A stretch of DNA of 64,000 nucleotides from positions 1,632,001 to 1,696,000 of the forward strand of contig OZ242296.1 in NCBI GenBank assembly GCA_965207735.1, in the 5' to 3' direction. The first letter of the stretch is position 1, and each line of letters opens with the position of its first letter. This DNA comes from Candidatus Versatilivorator sp. Lineage in GTDB: Bacteria; Acidobacteriota; Terriglobia; Versatilivoradales; Versatilivoraceae. The notes beneath the pieces were generated by a model, which worked only from the letters and a program-made list of their open reading frames with translations, made no database searches and was not told the DNA's origin. Of the stretch, positions 19,852 through 29,346 are shown piece after piece. Position numbers and translations under genes: made by a program.

Positions 19852-21114
19852 CTACCGCCGGACAAACAGTGCAATCGAACCGCTGAGCAAACAGGCGCCC
19901 GCCACCACCGGAAATACCAGGCCGGTGTTATCGCCGCTCCGTTGGATCATCCAGCCGATGAAGGGCTCTCCCAGTCCCGCCAGAAGGTAGGCATGCATGT
20001 TCATCACTCCCGTGCCCGTGCCGGCGTAGCGGGTCCCCAAGAGATCCGGACACAGCGCCCAGAAAGCTGACTGGGGACCGTAGGTGAAGAACCCGCAAAG
20101 GGCCAGCAACGCCAGGGACCAGAAGAAATGGTACGGCAACAGGTACATGGCGGTACAGGCCAGAAAGGCGGCCGTCATGAACAGGAAGATGACCCTGGAC
20201 CGATTGGAATGAAAGACCCTATCGGACAGCCAGCCGCTGCAGACCGCTCCCAGGGCCATGCCCACCGGCAGCGCCAGTGTGATCCAGGACCGCGCTGAAA
20301 AACCTCGCCACCCCTTTCCCAGGAAGTGGACCGGCACCCAGGTCAGCAGGCCGTAGCGGGCCAGGCTCTGGAAACCGATGGCCAGGCTGGCGATCATGAA
20401 GCGCCAATTGGAACATACCTGACGATAGCGGTGCCAGGCGGTCTCCCCGTTCTCTTGCCGGCTTGAGGGCGCGGCCCGGTCTTCAGCCGGGTCGGCTTCC
20501 AGGTGGTTGGAGCCGGTGAAACCGAGTTCCGAGGGACGGTCCCGAGCCATCCGGTAGTAGACCGCCCCCCCCAGCAGAAGCAGCAGTACCGGGAGGCGAA
20601 AGATCCAACGCCAATTCAACTCCAGAGCCAAAATGAGATTGGAGGTGGTGAAGGCCAGAACGGAGGACAGGCCGGCCGCGCCCACGTAGAGACCATAGAC
20701 CTTCCCGCGCTCCAGGCGGCCCCACCAATTGGACAGCACCCGGCTTCCCGGAGCCCAGCCCATGGACTGCGCGTAGCCGTTGATGGCCCATGGGACCATC
20801 AGACCCGCCAAGCTGCCGGCGAAGCTCACCCCCCAATTGAACAGGCAGGAAAGCAGCGCCCCCAGGCTGATCATGCGGCGGCCGCCGAACCGATCACCCA
20901 GGTTGCCGTTGACGGCCTGCCCGGCGGCATAGCACCACAACATGGCGCTGCTGACCCACCCCAGGCTGGCCTTGCCGATGCCCAACTCCTGCTCGATGCC
21001 CGGAATGGCGAAGCCGAAGGTCTGTCGGCCGGTGTAGTAGAAAAAGTAGCAGAGCATGGTGGCCCACAGAATGCGCCACTGAGCCCGCCGAAACCGACGG
21101 TCCTCACCTGCCAT
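19852..21114 (-). CDS. MFS transporter, GlpT/OPA-like (organophosphate or phosphonate uptake)
   Basis: YFFYYTGRQTF, NGNLGDRFGGRR, QSMGWAPG...NWW...ERG and RYGLLTWVP; first gene of the phn operon. Confidence 0.85.
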   Translation of the reverse strand: MAGEDRRFRRAQWRILWATMLCYFFYYTGRQTFGFAIPGIEQELGIGKASLGWVSSAMLWCYAAGQAVNGNLGDRFGGRRMISLGALLSCLFNWGVSFAGSLAGLMVPWAINGYAQSMGWAPGSRVLSNWWGRLERGKVYGLYVGAAGLSSVLAFTTSNLILALELNWRWIFRLPVLLLLLGGAVYYRMARDRPSELGFTGSNHLEADPAEDRAAPSSRQENGETAWHRYRQVCSNWRFMIASLAIGFQSLARYGLLTWVPVHFLGKGWRGFSARSWITLALPVGMALGAVCSGWLSDRVFHSNRSRVIFLFMTAAFLACTAMYLLPYHFFWSLALLALCGFFTYGPQSAFWALCPDLLGTRYAGTGTGVMNMHAYLLAGLGEPFIGWMIQRSGDNTGLVFPVVAGACLLSGSIALFVRR

Positions 21115-21132
21115 GTTTAGTTTCCTGGCGTG

Positions 21133-21291
21133 CCTGAAACAACCGAAAAAAGACAAAAGAAAAAGACTTATCCACGAAGGGGCACGAAGAACGACGAAGG
21201 GACACTAAGGCGCTGAGGTTAACCGCGACGCGGTACCAAGGTCGCGAAAGGATTGATCGATTTCCGATTGTTTCACCCTCGCATGATCCGC
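21133..21291. repeat. dispersed ~160-185 bp non-coding repeat, copy 1
   Basis: CCTGAAACAACCGAAAAAAGACAAAAG...CACGAAGGGGCACGAAGAACGACGAAGGGACACTAAGG...GATTGTTTCA recurs at 53520, 53704, 55694 and 56037. Confidence 0.9.
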
Positions 21292-21440
21292 CCTCCAGGG
21301 CTCTTTTTCGGTCGGCCCTGACCGTCTCCCTCCAAAGCGGCGCAACGGAGCCGGAACCGGTGTGGTCCGGAGCAGAAACGTCTGGGAAATCGGCTGGACC
21401 GCTTGCTTTGAAAAGTCAGCAGTTTTGCTCGCCCTGGCAA

Positions 21441-22454
21441 TCATCCGCCCAGGCTGATCATCTCTATTTTCTTGTGATCCTCGGCGCGATATCCCTGCCG
21501 GGAATGGAGGGCCTCCAGCCGGGACTCCGAGTAACGGTCGCTCCTGCGATTCCAAATGGAGACCACCCGGCTGCGAAGCTCCCGATCAGAGGCTCCCGCG
21601 CGCATTGGCATCTTGAGGTCGTGTCCGACCTCCGAAAACAGGCAGGTAACAAAATTCCCGTCCGCGGTCAGCCTGGCTCGGCTGCATCCACCGCAAAAGG
21701 GTTCGGTGACCGAAGCAATCACACCGAAATCCCCGCCGCCGTCAGCAAACCGGTAGTCCACTGCCGGTGCCCTGCCCTGCTCGCGGCCCACTTCGGTCAT
21801 GGGGAAAACGGTACGGATGCGCTCCAGAATCTCTTCCTTGGAAACCATCTTCTCGGACTTCCAACTGTTGGAATTCCCGACGTCCATGTATTCGATGAAT
21901 CGAATACCGAACCCGTGGGAGCGAGAAAACTCCACCAGCGAGACGATCTCGTCGTCGTTGACGCCCCGTTCCAAAACCGTGTTGAGCTTGATCGGATGGA
22001 AGCCCTGGCTCCGGGCGGCAAGCAGTCCTTCCAACACTTTGGCCAGGTTGCCCCGCTTGACGATCCGCTTGAATTTTTCCGGATCCAGAGTATCCAGGCT
22101 GACGTTGATTCGTTTCAGTCCCGCCGCCTTGAGGAGGGAGGCTTGCTCGGCCAGCAGGGCCCCATTGGTGGTCAGGCACAGGTCCCGTAGACCCCCGAGA
22201 GAGGCCAGCCTCTCCACCAGCCGGTGCAGGTCCTTGCGCAGGAGAGGCTCGCCTCCGGTCAAGCGAATTCTCTCCACACCCAGCCCGACAAAAATGCGCG
22301 CGAGCCGTTCGATCTCCTCAAAGGTCAGGATCTCCTGCTTGGCGATCCAGACATATTCGTCAAAGGGCATGCAATAGGTGCAGCGAAAGTTGCACCGATC
22401 CGTCACCGAGATTCTCAGGTCCTTCAGGGGACGCTCAAAAGTATCGACCAGCAT
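21441..22454 (-). CDS. moaA: GTP 3',8-cyclase
   Basis: DLRISVTDRCNFRCTYCMP, LTGGEP, PFCGGCSRARLTADG...TCLF and C-terminal EMISLGG. Confidence 0.95.
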   Translation of the reverse strand: MLVDTFERPLKDLRISVTDRCNFRCTYCMPFDEYVWIAKQEILTFEEIERLARIFVGLGVERIRLTGGEPLLRKDLHRLVERLASLGGLRDLCLTTNGALLAEQASLLKAAGLKRINVSLDTLDPEKFKRIVKRGNLAKVLEGLLAARSQGFHPIKLNTVLERGVNDDEIVSLVEFSRSHGFGIRFIEYMDVGNSNSWKSEKMVSKEEILERIRTVFPMTEVGREQGRAPAVDYRFADGGGDFGVIASVTEPFCGGCSRARLTADGNFVTCLFSEVGHDLKMPMRAGASDRELRSRVVSIWNRRSDRYSESRLEALHSRQGYRAEDHKKIEMISLGG

Positions 22455-22580
22455 GAGGGAAACCACCACTGCCCAACAATCGGCAACTACCTATGAAAAA
22501 AGGCCATTCCTCCTCTCGGAAAAATGGCCTTCGAATCTCTGCGACTCGGATCCGCAATCAGACCCCGAATGGCTGCCGAG

Positions 22581-22904
22581 CTACACGTGGAAGGATTCGC
22601 CGCAACCGCAGGTGCTCTTGACGTTGGGGTTGTGGAACTTGAAGCCGGAGCCGGTGAGGCTTTCAATGAAGTCGATCTCGGTTCCGTCCAGATAGATCAT
22701 GCTCCCCTTGTCGACGAAGACCTTGAAGCCATTCAACTCAAGTATCTCATCCCCTCCGTTGGCTTGCTTCTCGAAGCCCATCTGATACTGAAAGCCCGAG
22801 CACCCGCCGCCCACGATCTGAACTCGCAGACCGGCGTACGCCTCCTGTTGGCTGTCCAGTATTTCCTTGACCTTACCCTGAGCTTTGTCGGTGATGTTAA
22901 GCAT
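22581..22904 (-). CDS. erpA: A-type Fe-S carrier (ErpA/IscA/HesB family)
   Basis: GGGCSGFQY and NPNVKSTCGCGESF. Confidence 0.9.
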   Translation of the reverse strand: MLNITDKAQGKVKEILDSQQEAYAGLRVQIVGGGCSGFQYQMGFEKQANGGDEILELNGFKVFVDKGSMIYLDGTEIDFIESLTGSGFKFHNPNVKSTCGCGESFHV

Positions 22905-22982
22905 TGCGTTTGCGGCTCCTTTCAGCCCCTCCAGCGATGACGACTGCTTGATAGAATTATTGTAGCCATTCCGGCAAAAAAA

Positions 22983-23966
22983 TCAATCCTCTGCATTGGA
23001 AGAAACTTCCGGCGCGCCTTCCTGAAGCACTCCGTTCCAAGGAGGAACCACGATCGAAACGTCCCCGTAGCACTTGGATTGGCAGGCCAATCGAACCACC
23101 GGATGCTTCCGGGCGGTTTCTGCCGGGGGAGCGTAGCCGAAATACTGCAGACGGCGCTTTTCGAATGGGGTCATTTCAGAAAGGTTTTCCTGTCCGGAAA
23201 GCACCCCGATCCAGCAGTAGCCGCACGCGCCGCTGCGGCACTGCACCGGTACGGGTCCGGCAATGCGCCTCTGATCCAACTCCCGAAAATCCCTCGGATC
23301 GTTCCCGCTGGCCATCGACAGGTCCTGCCCTTCCAAGGCCTCAAAGCAGGACTCCGGCGTGTTCTCGTCAAAGGTCACCCGGTATCTCTTTGATTTCCAG
23401 ATCAGGGACTTCCAGCTCCGGCCCCCCCGCCTTCGCAACTTCAACACCTCGGCCACCGATTTCGGGCGCCCGTTGGGGACCAGGTCGGCAGCACCCTTGG
23501 CCAACGAGGACAAGCCCACTTGCCGCAGCACCATCATCCCCACCGCAACGATGCCGGTCAGCAGAGACGGCTCCACCCGGAGCCTGGCGGCCAGCCGGCC
23601 GGACAACTCCAGCACGTGGGCATCCAGGCCGGTTTCTTGGGGTTCCGAGATCTCCTCGGCGTAGGCCATCACCGCCCGCTTGACTTCCGGCCAATAGCTC
23701 GACCCGAACAGAAAGGCCACCGAGGCATCGATCTGCTCCTCCAGACGCGGCGTGCCGTCCAACTGAAAGTCCTTGAATACCTGGGCCGGATCGGGGGATC
23801 GGTCCAGAGCCAGCCGAAGCTTCAAGGGCCAGAAGGCAAACCAGATACGAGTAGCCTGGCTGTCAACCGGATGGATTTGGGAAAGAATTCGAGTCACGGA
23901 CTCGGCCCACGCGCTCTCTTCCAACTGACTCAAATAGCTTTCGAAAACCGTCTTGCCGGCAGCCAT
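22983..23966 (-). CDS. protein with an unknown N-terminal helical domain and a C-terminal 2Fe-2S ferredoxin-like domain
   Basis: PVQCRSGACGYCWIG...RLACQ fits the Cx4Cx2C...C 2Fe-2S pattern. Confidence 0.75.
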   Translation of the reverse strand: MAAGKTVFESYLSQLEESAWAESVTRILSQIHPVDSQATRIWFAFWPLKLRLALDRSPDPAQVFKDFQLDGTPRLEEQIDASVAFLFGSSYWPEVKRAVMAYAEEISEPQETGLDAHVLELSGRLAARLRVEPSLLTGIVAVGMMVLRQVGLSSLAKGAADLVPNGRPKSVAEVLKLRRRGGRSWKSLIWKSKRYRVTFDENTPESCFEALEGQDLSMASGNDPRDFRELDQRRIAGPVPVQCRSGACGYCWIGVLSGQENLSEMTPFEKRRLQYFGYAPPAETARKHPVVRLACQSKCYGDVSIVVPPWNGVLQEGAPEVSSNAED

Positions 23967-24066
23967 GATCCCGTTATTCCGCCTTTCCCGCCCAACCAAA
24001 AAATGGGCTATCCGTCACGGATAGCCCATTGAAACCCTCTCCTGGCCCCAATCCTCGCAACCACCG

Positions 24067-26112
24067 TTACTTGGAGGGAGCTGAGATCTGGACCAGTTCG
24101 TCCGGTTTCTTGTTGAGGACCATTTCCTCGTAGACCTCACGCATCTTGGCCGCCTCCCGGGCCGCCTTCCTGCGCATCCGCGCCTCGTCGGCCGCCGTCT
24201 GCGGGCCATCGCTCAGCGATCTCACTCTGGCTGCATCCTCGGCATCCACCCTGAGAAAGTGATCGTAGCTCTCCAGGCCGACCTTCTTGCCCTTGGCGAA
24301 CACCTCGTGCTTCCCGTGGTTCCTGTACCATTCGGCCACGGTGGCATTCTTGTGCATGTTCTCGATGATCTTCCGCCATCCCACCCCGGTGTTGTAAGCA
24401 CAGAAGGAGATCTCTCCCTCCTGGGTGGCGTAGGGAATGATGCACATCTCGGTCCGCCGGAAGTCGTAGTTGAAGAGATCCTGGAACCACATTCCCGAGA
24501 TAAAGAGGAAATTCCAGGGATCCGAGCGGCGCTTCTTGATGTCCTCAATGGTTCGGCTGGGGTCCGACTTGCCATATTTAAGGTCGGCGTCGCCGGAGGT
24601 ATTCCAGGTCTTGTCGAACTTCTTGAGGATATCGGACAGAACCAGACTCGGCGGCGCCTTGAAGGGGGAGTAGTTCTTCAGCAGCGCCATCGCCATCATG
24701 AAGTTGGAGAAGCTCTTGCCTCGAGCCGCGTCGGTAATCATGCGCATGTCCCCCATCAACCCGGGGACGTCGATGAACTGGGGAACCGCGGCCACCTCCT
24801 TGTTCTCCTTGTTGATCATTAAGGCCGTGCCCACGCCGCAATTGGGGTGGCAGCCGCAACTGAACGTGCCCCATTCCCGGTCGGGGCCGTGCACCAGATC
24901 CGCGTAGTCGGCAAAGCCCCCCATGATCGAAATCGGAAACCAGTCCCGGGTCGGTTCAGCGATCCCGGTCTGAGTCTTCACGTCGCTGGCCATGTGAGAC
25001 AGCGTGTAGCGCTGGCGGTGGCGGCGATCGGGGGTGATCTCCTCATCCCGGCCGGTGAAGGAGACCGGCTGGAAGGCGATGAAGGCGATCTTCTTGGGGT
25101 TGTCGATAGCAAACCGGATGATGGGGCCAACCTGGTCGTTGTTGACTTCGTTGATCAGGGTGGTCACCAGAACGATCTCAATGCCGGCTTCGTGCATGTT
25201 GTTGATCGCTCTCAGCTTGACGTCGAAGAGATTGCCGATCTGGCGGTGGCTGTTGGCGTCGTTGCCGATCCCGTCGAACTGCAGGTAGGCGTAGCGCAGT
25301 CCGGCCTCGGCGGCCTTGCGCGAAAACTCCTTGCTCTTGGCGAACTCAATGCCGTTGGTCGCCGCCTGCACACTGTTGTATCCCAGGTCGCGCGCCAACT
25401 TGACCGCCTTTAGGAAATAGGGCGACATGGTCGGCTCTCCGCCGGAAAACTGAATGGACATCTGTCTCCTGGGCTTGATTTCCAGGGCGTTGGTCATGAT
25501 CTCCTGGATGTCTTCCCAACTGAGCTCATGAACATAGCCCACCTGGTTGGCATCCATGAAACAGGGATCGCACATCATGTTGCAGCGGTTGGTAAGGTCC
25601 ACGGTCAGGACCGATCCCCTGCCGTATTTGATGGTGCTGGTGCCGTGCTTGTGCAACCGCTCGTCGTTGTGAGCCCGGATGTCCCGGCCGGGAAAGTTGC
25701 TCTCGATCCAGTTCAGAAACTCCACGTCCTTGGCCATCATGTCCTCGAACTTGCCATGCTGCGGACACTCCTTGTCCATCCACACCTCGCCGTTCCGCTC
25801 GACGATCTGCGCCTTGATTTCACCCACGTGTTCGGTCACCAGCGATTGCCAGTCCTGCTCTCCGTTGATGATCCTCTCTCTGGCCTCCATCACGCAGACG
25901 GGGCAAAGGGAGTCAGTGGTTCTGGGGAACCCCAGGGTGGGTTTGGACTTTTCCCAAGACTTCTGCAGGGGCTTGTCCGACCATTTGGGCGTAAAGGACG
26001 GATTGGGGAAATGCTTGTTGAAGAGCTGGATGGTGTTGAACACAACGCCGGCCGCCGAACATGCGGCGGAGTCCACGTATTTCATGAGGCGTTTGCCTGT
26101 TGCGCTAGACAT
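24067..26112 (-). CDS. radical SAM protein, tetraether lipid synthase (Tes/GDGT-MAS, MJ0619)-like
   Basis: N-terminal SLCPVC...KECPQHG, TNRCNMMCDPCF radical SAM motif, QFSGGEPT, ATNGI, YLQFDG, FQPVSFTGR, CHPNCG, FQDLFNYD and CIIPYA...SFCAYN. Confidence 0.82.
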   Translation of the reverse strand: MSSATGKRLMKYVDSAACSAAGVVFNTIQLFNKHFPNPSFTPKWSDKPLQKSWEKSKPTLGFPRTTDSLCPVCVMEARERIINGEQDWQSLVTEHVGEIKAQIVERNGEVWMDKECPQHGKFEDMMAKDVEFLNWIESNFPGRDIRAHNDERLHKHGTSTIKYGRGSVLTVDLTNRCNMMCDPCFMDANQVGYVHELSWEDIQEIMTNALEIKPRRQMSIQFSGGEPTMSPYFLKAVKLARDLGYNSVQAATNGIEFAKSKEFSRKAAEAGLRYAYLQFDGIGNDANSHRQIGNLFDVKLRAINNMHEAGIEIVLVTTLINEVNNDQVGPIIRFAIDNPKKIAFIAFQPVSFTGRDEEITPDRRHRQRYTLSHMASDVKTQTGIAEPTRDWFPISIMGGFADYADLVHGPDREWGTFSCGCHPNCGVGTALMINKENKEVAAVPQFIDVPGLMGDMRMITDAARGKSFSNFMMAMALLKNYSPFKAPPSLVLSDILKKFDKTWNTSGDADLKYGKSDPSRTIEDIKKRRSDPWNFLFISGMWFQDLFNYDFRRTEMCIIPYATQEGEISFCAYNTGVGWRKIIENMHKNATVAEWYRNHGKHEVFAKGKKVGLESYDHFLRVDAEDAARVRSLSDGPQTAADEARMRRKAAREAAKMREVYEEMVLNKKPDELVQISAPSK

Positions 26113-26649
26113 GTTCTCTTTCTCCCAAAAGTTTCTTTCACCCCTGCTTGCAGGAAGCGAAAGCCAGATAGCCCGTCGAATCGCGCCCCTTCCGAATCCG
26201 AATAGGCGCGACTCCCGAGAGGTTGGCCCTCAAGACACCGAACTCACCGACGAGGTCTGCCGGAAGCAGGACTGTTTCCGATATGAGGTTCAGGATGTGC
26301 CGGTTGAGGAATACTAACTCAAAACTACAAATCTTGGTAGCCCGCTGCATGGCCGGCCGGTGAGAGCCTCGCAACCGGCCGCGCCGGTCTGCCGGCGACA
26401 GTCCAAAAATACAGGCTAAATATTAGGAGCGGTCTGCACAACTGAAAAGCACATTGCAGGGAATGGCGCCATTTTGAGGGCGAGCGGTCCAAAATCGGGC
26501 TCCTTGCGGTCCTGGAAGCGACAGGATTGTTGGCAAATGGTCCGGGGCTGGACGTTTCCCATGGCCGCCCCCGCGTCCGGGCTGGGACGATTGACGACAC
26601 GCCGCCGAACCGCCTTGACCGCGGCGGAAGCCTGGGGCTACCATGCCTC

Positions 26650-27273
26650 ATGACCGAACTCCTGCCGCTCTTCCCTCTGGACATAGTCCTGTTCCCAAGG
26701 ATGGTCCTTCCTCTCCATATATTCGAGGAGAGGTACAAGGAAATGATCGGGGCATGCCTCCATTCCAAGACGTCCTTCGGGGTGTTGTACGCTCACGAAC
26801 GGACCACGGAAAAGGTCGGCTGTCTGGCCGAAATCCTCAAGGTCCTCAAGAAGTACGACGACGGTAGAATGGATCTGCTGACCCGGGGCGGCGACCGCTT
26901 CGAGATTCTGCATTTCGACACTTCAGCTTCCTATCTGCGGGGATGGACGGAGCCATTTGCCGACAGGGACCGAGCCCAACCACCCGAACGGACGGCAGTC
27001 GAAGGGTTGCTGGAACTCTATCGGGAAACCGCGCACATCCTGAACCGGACCGAGGCCGACAAGGTAGTGGTCTCTTCCGACTACCAGGGATTGAGTTTTC
27101 AGATCGCCGCCGGCTTCGCACTGCCGAAGAAAGTCAAGCAACGGGTGCTCGTAGGGCGCAGCGAAACCGAGCGGGTGGCCATCCTCACAGCCTACTTCAA
27201 CGAAAATCTTCCCCGCCTGCGGCGAACCCAAGTCGCCGCCACGAGAGCCGGCTCCAACGGCCACGCACGCTGA
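26650..27273 (+). CDS. LON peptidase substrate-binding (N-terminal) domain protein
   Basis: LPLFPLDIVLFPRMVLPLHIFEERYKEMI...VGCLAEI...DDGRMD. Confidence 0.9.
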   Translation: MTELLPLFPLDIVLFPRMVLPLHIFEERYKEMIGACLHSKTSFGVLYAHERTTEKVGCLAEILKVLKKYDDGRMDLLTRGGDRFEILHFDTSASYLRGWTEPFADRDRAQPPERTAVEGLLELYRETAHILNRTEADKVVVSSDYQGLSFQIAAGFALPKKVKQRVLVGRSETERVAILTAYFNENLPRLRRTQVAATRAGSNGHAR

Positions 27274-27325
27274 GGGGGGAATTTGTGCTATCTTTCCGCT
27301 CTGAATCTCGGCGAGTGGGTCAACC

Positions 27326-28693
27326 ATGAACGCACCATTGAGCAAGCGAAGCCATTGGGGCTCCAGGATCGGCTTCATCCTGGCGGCCGCCGGTTCGGCA
27401 GTGGGGCTGGGCAACATCTGGAAGTTCCCCTACGTGACCGGTGAGAACGGCGGGGGAATCTTCGTCCTCATCTACCTGGCTTGCGTGCTTCTGGTCGGCC
27501 TGCCGGTCATGATCGCCGAGATCCTCATCGGGCGTTCCACCCAGAACTCACCGGTGGGAGCCTTCAAGTCTCTGGCCGGAGCCCGGAGTCCATGGGTAGG
27601 AATGGGGTGGTTGTCGGTCTTATCCGCTTTTGTTCTCCTCTCCTTCTACAGCGTAGTGGCCGGTTGGTCCCTCCATTACACCTGGCTCTCCATCAGCGGG
27701 CAGCTGGCGGGATTGGAACCGGGCAATGTGGCTTCCGTTTTCGGAAGCCTGCACGCGTCGGCCGGGGCGAATCTCTTCTGGCACCTGGTCTTCATGGGCC
27801 TGACCGTAGCCGTGGTCTTTGGAGGAGTATCCAAGGGGGTGGAACGCTGGTCGCGGATCCTCATGCCGGCCCTGTTGATCATGATGCTGGTGCTGCTGGT
27901 AAATTCCTTGACGCTGGATGGATTCGGCAAGGCCTTCAGCTTCCTGTTCGGTTTTCACCAGGACAAGTTCACGGCCGCCGGAGCCCTGGAAGCGTTGGGA
28001 CAGGCCTTCTTCAGCCTCAGCCTGGGAATGGGCGCGATGCTCACCTATGGCAGCTACCTGCGCCGCCAGGACGACGTCGTGGGTGCCTCGGTCACCATCT
28101 CCGCCCTGGACACCACGATTGCTCTGGTGGCCTCGTTGATGCTCTTCCCCATCATCTTCAGCCACGGCATGGAGCCGGCGGCCGGCCCGGGCCTGGTGTT
28201 CATCAGCGTACCCATCGCCCTTAGCCAGATGCCGGGGACCACTTTTCTGGCAACAGTTTTCTTTGCCCTGCTGGTCTTCGCCGCCCTGACCAGCGCCATT
28301 TCCATGCTGGAGGTCGCCACCTCCTACTTCATCGACCAGCGAGGGTGGCAGCGCCACCGTGCGGCGGTGACGGCGGGATTGGCCACCGCCATCTTGGGGC
28401 TGCCGGCAGCGCTCAGCGGTGGGACCCTGGTGTTCGGCTCCGGGATGGAGGCGCTGCTGGGCAAGAACTGGTTCGACAGCCTGGACTACCTGGTCACCAA
28501 CTGGATGCTTCCGCTGGGCGGACTGGGGATGGCCCTGTTTACCGCCTGGCGCATGGACCAGCGGTTGCGCCAGGAGGAATTCCTCTCGGGCAGCCGCCTG
28601 CGCGGGTTCTATCAGACTTGGCTGTTCCTTCTGAAGTACCCGGTTCCCGTGGCTATTCTGCTGGTCTTCCTCCACGCCGTGGGCCTACTCTAG
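27326..28693 (+). CDS. sodium-dependent transporter (NSS/SNF family)
   Basis: GFILAAAGSAVGLGNIWKFPY and GQAFFSLSLGMGAMLTYGSY. Confidence 0.93.
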   Translation: MNAPLSKRSHWGSRIGFILAAAGSAVGLGNIWKFPYVTGENGGGIFVLIYLACVLLVGLPVMIAEILIGRSTQNSPVGAFKSLAGARSPWVGMGWLSVLSAFVLLSFYSVVAGWSLHYTWLSISGQLAGLEPGNVASVFGSLHASAGANLFWHLVFMGLTVAVVFGGVSKGVERWSRILMPALLIMMLVLLVNSLTLDGFGKAFSFLFGFHQDKFTAAGALEALGQAFFSLSLGMGAMLTYGSYLRRQDDVVGASVTISALDTTIALVASLMLFPIIFSHGMEPAAGPGLVFISVPIALSQMPGTTFLATVFFALLVFAALTSAISMLEVATSYFIDQRGWQRHRAAVTAGLATAILGLPAALSGGTLVFGSGMEALLGKNWFDSLDYLVTNWMLPLGGLGMALFTAWRMDQRLRQEEFLSGSRLRGFYQTWLFLLKYPVPVAILLVFLHAVGLL

Positions 28694-28796
28694 AGGAAGA
28701 AGGACGGGAACGGCGGACGATTCCCCGATTCCCATCCCGGCCCCGGGAGTTCTTCAACCGGACTGTTCCGTAACCATCTTTGCGGAGAGCACTCCC

Positions 28797-29216
28797 TTGG
28801 TTTCCTTTGCCCTCGTCATTCTGGCCGCTGTCGGCCTGACGATCTCCAGCTACTTTACGGCCGTCGCATACGGCTGGATCGATCCCACGGAAAAGTGGAT
28901 TCCGTCCTTCTGCCGCATGGGAGAGCAGACCTGCAGCCGGGTGATCCATTCCCCCAGGGCCCGGGTCTTCGGGCTCCCCAATTCGCTGCTGGGCCAGCTT
29001 TTCTACCTTGCCATCCTGGCAGCCGTCTTTGCCGATCTGATCTTTCTGAAACCCTACATTTGGCTGTTTCTGTCGGCCGGCTTCCTCACGGTGCTGCTGG
29101 GTATTTTTCTCAGCTACTCCCTGCTCTACCTGACCCGGATTCGATGTGTGCTGTGCTTTACCTCACACGCCATCAACGGGATCATTTTCCTGATCCTGCT
29201 GCTGACCAACCGGTGA
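28797..29216 (+). CDS. vitamin K epoxide reductase (VKOR) family protein
   Basis: FCRMGEQTCSRVIHS...FGLPNSLLG...CVLC; four TM segments. Confidence 0.88.
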   Translation: MVSFALVILAAVGLTISSYFTAVAYGWIDPTEKWIPSFCRMGEQTCSRVIHSPRARVFGLPNSLLGQLFYLAILAAVFADLIFLKPYIWLFLSAGFLTVLLGIFLSYSLLYLTRIRCVLCFTSHAINGIIFLILLLTNR

Positions 29217-29346
29217 CACTGGAGTTAGAATTTGTGGCAGTTGAGTTGAGAGTCGACTACCGTTGGCATCGGACACCGCACTAAGCCCGACTGGCGGACG
29301 ACAGGACTTCGTAATTGCAGCAGACGCAACTGGAGGGTGACCGGAA

